Shown here in pieces: positions 1-6,274 of a stretch of 20,804 nt of DNA; positions within the stretch are counted from its first letter, which is position 1, and each line of letters begins with the position of its first letter. The stretch covers positions 1-20,804 of the forward strand of contig JANMKN010000274.1 of NCBI GenBank assembly GCA_031372065.1, written 5' to 3'. The translations under genes were made by a program, and so were the position numbers. This DNA is from Abditibacteriaceae bacterium (GTDB lineage: Bacteria > Armatimonadota > Abditibacteriia > Abditibacteriales > Abditibacteriaceae). Below the pieces are notes generated by a model. It saw nothing but the letters and a program-made list of their open reading frames with translations. It made no database searches and was not told the origin of the DNA.

Positions 1-59
1 ATTTTCCACGTTCCCCTATCAAATCGGCGCAGATTCTTCGCGTCGAGCGGGCCGTAAAG
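1..59. repeat. Exact 59-bp direct repeat of 798-856 (copy truncated by the window edge)
   Basis: ATTTTCCACG...GGGCCGTAAAG at 1-59 is identical to 798-856; offset 797 bp. Confidence 0.95.
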
Positions 60-1639
60 CCATCTTTGGTGATAGTAAAATCGCCCAAATAAGGCATTCC
101 TCTAACGATAAGGGTGTCTTTCCCATTTTCCACGAACCAAATGCGGTCTGCCTGCTCTTCTGTCAACTCTATAAGTTTTAGATTCGTAGATTTGCTGGGG
201 AACATTTCGCAAGCGCAGATAATATCAAATACGTGTTCACTGGTCGCTTTGCCTTGCGGAAACAACTCTTCTGAATTCAGCACGCCGCCTTTACCAAGCG
301 TGCCATAAGTTAGAAGAGTGGTGAGTTGGCCCTGTTTTACAAAACCCAAAATAGGCTGCGTGCAAATTTTTATTTTCACAACGGGCGTGATTTGAAAATC
401 CTTTACTACGGGCAGAATTTGGCCGGGGGCGAGTTTTGCGACAGGATATTCGGTGCCGTCAATTTTGATTTTGGTTTCCTGCGTCTCTTCGGTGTTGTTG
501 TCGAGAAAAATCAGCGTGCCAGCTGGACTTTTGCGCGCGGTGACGCGGATTTTGGGGTTGGTGGCGGCGTTTTTGTAGTCGTCGGTGGCGTTTTCGCTGT
601 TGGCTAAAATTTCTTGAAAGCTGCGCGCGAACCACGCGGCCCGCTTGAAGCGATAGTAAATCGGACGCAAATCGCCCGCTTCACCGATGGCGGCGCCGTA
701 ATCGTAGCTGGAAGCGTCTTCCTGATTATTCCAACTCTCGAAATTGGTGCCGCCGTGCAGCATATAATAGTTGTAGCCGTTGCCGCCGTAAGCGAGGATT
801 TTCCACGTTCCCCTATCAAATCGGCGCAGATTCTTCGCGTCGAGCGGGCCGTAAAGGTCATACCAGCCGGGCCAGAATTCGGTTGTATACCACAGACTTG
901 TGCGCCCTTTGCTGTCCCACGGATTGTTGCCTGCCGGGTCGCTGCCGTGATGCAAACCACTGAAAAAATACGGCACTTCGATGCCGCTTTTAATGGCTTT
1001 GTCGCGCAGATGCTTGAAATAATCGTTCGGCATCACGGTGCCCCAGCCTTGCGGATGCTCGTTTTCAAGTTGCACCATGATGACCGCGCCGCCTTTGTTG
1101 ATCTGATTGGCAGCGATGATCGGCAGCACTTTATCCATGTAGCGGTCAACGTATTTTTCAAATTCGGCGTTCGGCTGGCGCACTTTGACGCCCGGTTTGA
1201 ATTTCAGCCACACCGGATAGCCGCCCGAATCCCATTCGGCGCACACATAGGGGCCGGGCCGCACCGTGGCATACATTCCCATTTGCTTGACGAGTTTCAA
1301 AAAGGCATCGAGGTCTTTTTCGCCGCTAAAATCGAATTGGCCTTCTTTCGGCTCGTGATAATTCCAGAAAACGTAGGTCTGCACGCAATTAAAGCCGCCA
1401 CGCTTCATGCGCAAAAGCCGGTCTCGCCACAAAGCGCGCGGCACACGCGGATAATGCAGGCTGCCCGACACGATAAAAGTGCGCTGATTATTGATTAAGA
1501 AGCCTTTGCCGTCGAAGTTGACGAAGTTTTTCGCAGCCTCGGCTGGCGGAAAAATGTTGTCATCGGCGCGCGACGCAGAGGCGCAAAACGAAAAAGTAGC
1601 GGCCAAGAGCGCCGATAGAAGCAGATTTTTGGGTTTCAT
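2..1639 (-). CDS. Glycoside hydrolase family 35 beta-galactosidase, secreted; 3' end runs off the window and may be disrupted by the duplication at 1-59
   Basis: Manual translation from ATG at 1639 (not in the ORF track because there is no stop in the window): signal peptide MKPKNLLLSALLAATFSFCASASRA, then GH35 motifs SGSLHYPRVP, QTYVFWNYHEP, RPGPYVCAEWDSGGYPVWL, VQLENEH (acid/base Glu), TTEFWPGW (nucleophile Glu), NYYMLHGGTNF, SYDYGAAI. Confidence 0.92.
   Translation of the reverse strand, partial: MKPKNLLLSALLAATFSFCASASRADDNIFPPAEAAKNFVNFDGKGFLINNQRTFIVSGSLHYPRVPRALWRDRLLRMKRGGFNCVQTYVFWNYHEPKEGQFDFSGEKDLDAFLKLVKQMGMYATVRPGPYVCAEWDSGGYPVWLKFKPGVKVRQPNAEFEKYVDRYMDKVLPIIAANQINKGGAVIMVQLENEHPQGWGTVMPNDYFKHLRDKAIKSGIEVPYFFSGLHHGSDPAGNNPWDSKGRTSLWYTTEFWPGWYDLYGPLDAKNLRRFDRGTWKILAYGGNGYNYYMLHGGTNFESWNNQEDASSYDYGAAIGEAGDLRPIYYRFKRAAWFARSFQEILANSENATDDYKNAATNPKIRVTARKSPAGTLIFLDNNTEETQETKIKIDGTEYPVAKLAPGQILPVVKDFQITPVVKIKICTQPILGFVKQGQLTTLLTYGTLGKGGVLNSEELFPQGKATSEHVFDIICACEMFPSKSTNLKLIELTEEQADRIWFVENGKDTLIVRGMPYLGDFTITKDGFTARSTRRICADLIGERGK
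798..856. repeat. In-frame source copy of the 59-bp repeat inside the GH35 gene
   Basis: Identical to 1-59; here it encodes LYGPLDAKNLRRFDRGTWK in the GH35 frame. Confidence 0.95.
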
Positions 1640-1698
1640 GTGAGGTCTTAGACCAAGGCGAGGCCAGTTTTGGGCAAAACGCGCCCCAGTGAGACTTG

Positions 1699-1880
1699 AA
1701 ACTCATGAGTTTTAGCCTGCCGTATCAGTCCCGCAGCCTCAAACTCGTGAGTTTTAGGCTCGCGTATCGGTTCCGCAGCTTTAAACTCGTGAGTTTTAGG
1801 CTGTCGTATCGGTTCCTGAGCACAAAACTCATGAGTTTCAAGCTGGCGTATCGGTTCCGTAGCATTCAACTCGTGAGTTT
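1699..1880. repeat. 42-bp tandem array (4 full units plus a partial) with a 14-bp palindrome
   Basis: AAACTCRTGAGTTT at 1699, 1741, 1783, 1825 and 1867 (last copy starts with C); second conserved block CGTATCRGTYCC in each full unit; variable 7-8 nt linkers. Confidence 0.93.
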
Positions 1881-1921
1881 TGGCCGAAATTAGCGGTTTT
1901 GCATGGGAAATTACGCATTTA

Positions 1922-2070
1922 TATAGCGCTTAACTGCCTGGAGGCTACAAGTCACATATGCGGGGCTGCGCCCTCTTCCAAACGGGCCGTCGAAAATTAA
2001 AAGTGAACACCTTGTTTGGAAGAGAGCGTTAGCTCCGCCTGTTGTAGCCTTTAATCAGTTAAGCGCTATA
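1922..2070. mobile_element. 149-bp MITE-like element / long imperfect palindrome
   Basis: Terminal inverted repeats 1922-1950 and 2042-2070 (TATAGCGCTTAACTG-N5-AGGCTACAA, 24/29 matched); inner inverted pair 1969-1983 and 2014-2028 (14/15); TA at both ends; no coding capacity. Confidence 0.7.
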
Positions 2071-2085
2071 GCAACCGGCGTAAAA

Positions 2086-3405
2086 CTACGATTCTTCCAC
2101 TTCTCGCGGTTTGCGTTGAATGAGAATGCGCTGCGGGCGGCGGCTGCGCATTTTATGCACGATGAGCGTGACGGTTTCACTTTCCAGTTCGACGGTGATC
2201 TTATCGCCGATAGAAGGCGCGCGGCCCAACTGTTCGATGACAAAACCGCCAATGGTGTCGAATTCGCCGCGTGGCAATTCCAAATCCCACATTTCGGCCA
2301 AGTCTTCGGTGTGCAAACGCGCATCGGCAATGGCAGCGTGTTCTTCGAGTTTGACCAGTGGCTCGTCCACTTTGAAATCGTGTTCGTCGGCGATTTCACC
2401 GACCAATTCTTCGAGAATGTCTTCGACAGTGAGAATGCCCGCCGTGCCGCCGAATTCGTCCATGACAATCGTCAGATGCGTTTGCCCGGCGCGCATGGTG
2501 GCGAAGGCTTCGTCAATTTTTTTCGATTCGGGCATGAAAAGCGGGGCACGCATCAATTCGCGCGGCACAAAGTGGGTTTCGCCTCGCCCCAAACGCGCCA
2601 AAACATCGCGGGCGTGCGCGATGCCAATCACGCGATCTACGTTTTCCTCGTAAAGCGGAATGCGCGAATGACCGCTGCGCTGCAAAGTGTCGAGCAGTTG
2701 CGCTGCGCTGCATTCGACGGGCAAGGCGACCATATCGGGGCGCGGCGTCATCACTTCGTAGGCACGCGTGTCACCGAAATCGAAAATGCTCTCGATCAAT
2801 TCGCGATTGCCTTCTTCGATGAGGCCCGACGCCTGCGCATTTTCGACTAATTCGCGGATTTCGTGTTCGCCTTCGTCTTCGCTGACTTCATCAACCACAG
2901 GTTGCGTCGGGGCGCGTCCAAGGCCCAAAGGCCGCAGAATCAGCGACCCCAAAAGCATCATAAGCGTGACCGGCGGCGAGAGAATCAACATCAAAAAGCG
3001 CGCGGGCCGCACCCACCACAAGCGCACTTGCGTGCCGGGCCGTTCCACCAAAAGGCGTGGCGCGATTTGCCCGAAAGCGATAACTGCGAGTGCTATGCCC
3101 GCACACCATGCTAAAACTTGCGGTTCGCTTTCGAAACGCTCTTCAGCCAGCCACAAAGTTAGCGCCGCCGCCGCCAAAAGCGGCAAATTGGCCGCGATTG
3201 TCACCGTAGCGATGAATTTTTGCGCGTCGCCCGACAATTCGGTGGTCAAAATCTGCGCCGTGTTATTTTCGTCCGCCGCGTGCATTTGCAACAAATGCCG
3301 CAAACGCACGCGATTGGTCGCCGCCAAAGCCGCTTCGGAAGCGGCAAACAGCGCCACCAAAAACAAGCAGCCCGCTAAAGCGATGAGTAATGTTGTAGAA
3401 AGCAT
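2086..3405 (-). CDS. Hemolysin-family CNNM/CBS/CorC-HlyC membrane protein (paralog 2)
   Basis: N-terminal DUF21-type TM region (FAASEAAL), CBS pair (EVMTPRPDM, GHSRIPLYE, DEFGGTAGILTVEDILEELVGEIADEHD), C-terminal CorC domain (FDTIGGFV). Confidence 0.93.
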   Translation of the reverse strand: MLSTTLLIALAGCLFLVALFAASEAALAATNRVRLRHLLQMHAADENNTAQILTTELSGDAQKFIATVTIAANLPLLAAAALTLWLAEERFESEPQVLAWCAGIALAVIAFGQIAPRLLVERPGTQVRLWWVRPARFLMLILSPPVTLMMLLGSLILRPLGLGRAPTQPVVDEVSEDEGEHEIRELVENAQASGLIEEGNRELIESIFDFGDTRAYEVMTPRPDMVALPVECSAAQLLDTLQRSGHSRIPLYEENVDRVIGIAHARDVLARLGRGETHFVPRELMRAPLFMPESKKIDEAFATMRAGQTHLTIVMDEFGGTAGILTVEDILEELVGEIADEHDFKVDEPLVKLEEHAAIADARLHTEDLAEMWDLELPRGEFDTIGGFVIEQLGRAPSIGDKITVELESETVTLIVHKMRSRRPQRILIQRKPREVEES

Positions 3406-3410
3406 ATTTC

Positions 3411-3467
3411 TATTTTACGCCGCTTGAAAGCGGCGTCTGCAAGAGCAAAAGCCGCCTTCGCGGCTTG
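3411..3467. repeat. REP-like double hairpin, copy 1
   Basis: ACGCCGCT-TGAA-AGCGGCGT plus AAGCCGC-CTTC-GCGGCTT; 56/57 identical to 3620-3676. Confidence 0.88.
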
Positions 3468-3497
3468 GAATCAAGTTTTGCTTTTAGTCTAAATAAC

Positions 3498-3540
3498 TCA
3501 TGTTACACAGTGCGCTTATGGTAGGCACTGCGTAACATGA
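3498..3540. repeat. 16-bp inverted repeat between REP-like copies 1 and 2
   Basis: TCATGTTACACAGTGC (3498-3513) versus GCACTGCGTAACATGA (3525-3540), 15/16 complementary. Confidence 0.8.
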
Positions 3541-3546
3541 CTCAAT

Positions 3547-3598
3547 AAGCTGCGAAGGCAGCTTTTGCTTTTTCAGACGCCGGTTTTAACCGGCGTAA
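3547..3598. repeat. REP-like double hairpin, copy 2 (inverted)
   Basis: Reverse complement of copy 1 with compensatory base changes in both stems. Confidence 0.85.
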
Positions 3599-3619
3599 TA
3601 ACAAAACCGCGCCATTGGT

Positions 3620-3676
3620 TATTTTACGCCGCTTGAAAGCGGCGCCTGCAAGAGCAAAAGCCGCCTTCGCGGCTTG
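3620..3676. repeat. REP-like double hairpin, copy 3
   Basis: Direct repeat of 3411-3467 with one mismatch; just downstream of the tnpA stop. Confidence 0.88.
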
Positions 3677-3700
3677 TAATTTTTAGCGCACTCCGCTGTC

Positions 3701-4123
3701 TCAATCGGCTTCTTCATGCACCTTTTCCAAGGCAGGCCACAATTTATGTTCGGCGTGATGCTGCTTTTGCGCACGGATGTAATTGCCCACGCGCCGCACA
3801 TGACTGAGGCTAACTGAAAGCGCACCGTAGCCGCCCTGCCAGCGAAAAGGCACATCGTCCGGCATCGCATGATTCACAAAATGCGAGGAAGCCCCCTTCA
3901 TTTGTTGCGCTAACTCGGCGACCCTAATGCTGGCATGCATTCTCACCAGGACATGAACATGATTTTCGATGCCACCAATTGCTAAGGGCTGGCAATTCAG
4001 AGATTCACATTCCCGCCAGATACAACTATGCAAACGTGCCTCGCGTTCTACAGTAATCCACGGCATTCTGTCCCACGTCGCCCAAATAAAATGAATATAA
4101 AGATGTGTGCTGGAATTTGGCAT
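3701..4123 (-). CDS. tnpA: IS200/IS605-family Y1 HUH transposase, probably REP-associated (RAYT-like)
   Basis: LYIHFIWAT, HUH motif ENHVHVLV, MKGASSH, WQGGYGALSVS, catalytic YxxxQ (NYIRAQKQHH); no tnpB; flanked by REP-like repeats. Confidence 0.92.
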   Translation of the reverse strand: MPNSSTHLYIHFIWATWDRMPWITVEREARLHSCIWRECESLNCQPLAIGGIENHVHVLVRMHASIRVAELAQQMKGASSHFVNHAMPDDVPFRWQGGYGALSVSLSHVRRVGNYIRAQKQHHAEHKLWPALEKVHEEAD

Positions 4124-4137
4124 ACGACCCTCATATC

Positions 4138-4187
4138 AGGCCACGGCGGTGGCCTTTGCTATGCCAGCAGCCGGTTTCAACCGGCTG
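4138..4187. repeat. REP-like double hairpin, copy 4 (inverted, divergent), overlapping the stop of the upstream hemolysin gene
   Basis: AGGCCAC-GGCG-GTGGCCT, TTGCT linker, CAGCCGGT-TTCA-ACCGGCTG: same layout as copy 2. Confidence 0.75.
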
Positions 4188-5577
4188 TTGCAGTTTCTCC
4201 GCTTTGTGCCGCCGCGATTTTCACTTCTTCGATGCGTGGGCCGCTCATGGCTGTGACTTCCAGTTCTAAAGGCGCGCTGCCGGCGGCGCCGGCGACGGTG
4301 CGGGCGCCGGGCACGGGCACAGTTTCAAAAAGGCGCAGGGCTAAAGTCGCAAGGGAAATCGAATCTTCGGCGTCGGCGCCTCCGGCTTCGAGAAGGCGCG
4401 CAATGTCGCCGAAACTGCGTTGCCAGAAACGCTCAAAATCGCGCACGCTGACACCGGCATCGCAGGCGACAGCTTGCCCGCCGTCGTTTTCGTCAATGCG
4501 CAAAGTCGGTTCTTCGGCGTCGTATTCGTCTTGAATTTCGCCGACTAATTCTTCGAGCAGGTCTTCAATCGTCACCAAACCGGCGGTGCCGCCGTCGCCT
4601 TCTACGACAATGGCGATTAAAGAACGCTGGCGGCGCAATTCTTCGAGCGTGGTCGAAATACGCTGCATTCGTGGCACAAAATAGGTTTTGCGAATTACAT
4701 CGCGGGCGCGTTTGCTGCCCGCTGTTTCAGGATGACGCAAATGTGGAATCAAATCTTTAATAGCGATGATGCCGATGATTTTATCGGCGCTGCCTTCCCA
4801 AACCGGCAAGCGCGAATGACCTTCGCGCATGGCGATTTCGAGGGCTTGATACAATGTTGCATCGGCGTCTATGCCCACGATGTCCACGCGCGGCGTCATC
4901 ACTTCGCGCACCAGTTTTTCGCGAAATTCCATCGCGCCTTCCAGCAAAGCGCGCTCGTCTTTTTCGATGACGCCTTCTTCTTCGGCGGTTGCCAAAGCGG
5001 TGCGCAATTCGCCTTCGGTGAATTGCGGCGCATTTTCAGGCCGCGCGCCGAAAACGCGTGCCACGCCGCGCCCGACGAAGTGCAAAAGCGACAAAAGTGG
5101 CCCCAAAACGCGCAAACCCCATTGCACTAACCCCGCGCCGCGCAAAACCAAAGTCTCGGTCAGGCGTGCCGCGATGAGCAATGGCAGCACCTCGGCCACG
5201 AATAAGAGGCCAATCAGAGCCAAAGGCAGCAGCCAATCGGCCCAATTGTTTTCGCGCGCCAGCCATGTCAAAAGCGAAGCGGCTGTCCACAAAGTCAGCG
5301 TGGTGATAGTCAAAAACAAAAGCGAGAGGCGTTGGGGATTATCTTGAAGCTGCAAGGCACGCACCAGACGCTGTTCCTGCGCCGAATGCCGCGCACCTTC
5401 CCCATTGGAACCGGCAGCCGGTTCACGCTTGTCATCGCGTTTTTCTTGATGCAAGCGCTCTTTTTCGTCTTCGAGCAAAGCGCGCAACCGCGCGCGCGAC
5501 ACCGCACCAAACGCCACTTCCAGCGCTGTAAAAACGGCTTCGCAAATCCCACAAATGATCGCCAGAGCAAGGAGCAT
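4177..5577 (-). CDS. Hemolysin-family CNNM/CBS/CorC-HlyC membrane protein (paralog 1)
   Basis: FTALEVAF N-terminus with TM helices, CBS motifs VREVMTPRVDIVGI, GHSRLPVW, DGGTAGLVTIEDLLEELVGEIQDEYD. Confidence 0.92.
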   Translation of the reverse strand: MLLALAIICGICEAVFTALEVAFGAVSRARLRALLEDEKERLHQEKRDDKREPAAGSNGEGARHSAQEQRLVRALQLQDNPQRLSLLFLTITTLTLWTAASLLTWLARENNWADWLLPLALIGLLFVAEVLPLLIAARLTETLVLRGAGLVQWGLRVLGPLLSLLHFVGRGVARVFGARPENAPQFTEGELRTALATAEEEGVIEKDERALLEGAMEFREKLVREVMTPRVDIVGIDADATLYQALEIAMREGHSRLPVWEGSADKIIGIIAIKDLIPHLRHPETAGSKRARDVIRKTYFVPRMQRISTTLEELRRQRSLIAIVVEGDGGTAGLVTIEDLLEELVGEIQDEYDAEEPTLRIDENDGGQAVACDAGVSVRDFERFWQRSFGDIARLLEAGGADAEDSISLATLALRLFETVPVPGARTVAGAAGSAPLELEVTAMSGPRIEEVKIAAAQSGETATAG

Positions 5578-5581
5578 AGAA

Positions 5582-5652
5582 TTTTGAGTTAGGAGTTTTG
5601 GGTTAGGAATTTTGAGTTAGAGAACACAACTCCTAACTTCTAACTCAAAACT
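5582..5652. repeat. Inverted heptamer tandem repeats (TTTTGAG/TTAGGAG), STRR-like, filling the ybeY-hemolysin junction
   Basis: TTTTGAG TTAGGAG TTTTGGG TTAGGAA TTTTGAG (5582-5616), then complementary AACTCCT AACTTCT AACTCAA AACT (5628-5652). Confidence 0.85.
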
Positions 5653-6274
5653 GACTTACGATTTCCTCCTGCCATTTCCACATCACGCGGCGGTCGGCAG
5701 CGCGAATGTGGTCGTAGCCCAGCAAATGCAAGGTGCCATGCACGGCCAAAAATTCCATTTCGCGCTCCAAAGAATGCTTGAGTTCGGCGGCTTGGCGCGC
5801 GGCGGTTTCCAAGGAAATCACCAAATCGCCCAGCGGCAGTTCATCGCTTTCTTGCAGGGCAGGGTCGAACATTTCTTCGCCCTCCCACAGGGAAAATGAC
5901 AGCACATCGGTGGGTTTGTTTTTGTGACGGTAATCGTGATTGAGTGCGGCGATTTCGTCGTCGCCGAGCAGCGTCACGTCCGCGCTGAAAAGAAAAGAGC
6001 GTTTCGGGTCGGGTGTGTCGTCCGCATGAGATTCTGTAAGAGGTAACATCGAAGTGGGCGCTGTTTTATTGGGCGCGTGTTTTAAAGGCTCCAGTCGTGG
6101 CGGCGCGTGGTGCAGTGTTGCCATGATCGCCCGGCGCAAGGATTGGTTGATTGTCCGCCGACTGTAAGGCACTATTTCCGTCTGTGGACTGAGCATTAGG
6201 TGTGTGAGATTTAGCTGTTTGAGCGCTTTGGTCGCACTGGGACTCCAACTGATGTTCAAGCGCACCGTTGGCAT
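5645..6274 (-). CDS. ybeY: rRNA maturation endoribonuclease YbeY (start uncertain: 6340, 6274 or 6049)
   Basis: LNHDYRHKNKPTDVLSF, LGDLVIS and zinc motif HGTLHLLGYDH; canonical position after phoH and the HD gene. Confidence 0.9.
   Translation of the reverse strand: MPTVRLNISWSPSATKALKQLNLTHLMLSPQTEIVPYSRRTINQSLRRAIMATLHHAPPRLEPLKHAPNKTAPTSMLPLTESHADDTPDPKRSFLFSADVTLLGDDEIAALNHDYRHKNKPTDVLSFSLWEGEEMFDPALQESDELPLGDLVISLETAARQAAELKHSLEREMEFLAVHGTLHLLGYDHIRAADRRVMWKWQEEIVSQF

Noticed and set aside
125..134. Third copy of ATTTTCCACG matching the start of the 59-bp repeat
   Set aside because: Only 10 bp; cannot be separated from chance.
1..856. Repeat pair as DGR template/variable region, given an Avd-like gene in the window
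   Set aside because: The copies are 100% identical with no adenine-specific mismatches, are out of frame, and no reverse transcriptase is present in the window.
614..1498. 294-aa plus-strand ORF (also 114-308, 326-607 and minus-strand 604-960)
   Set aside because: Antisense or alternate-frame shadows of the GH35 gene, which has clear family motifs.
1699..1880. CRISPR or TIGR array
   Set aside because: Linkers are 7-8 nt and mutually similar, the period is 42 bp, and no cas or Nop-domain gene was recognised nearby.
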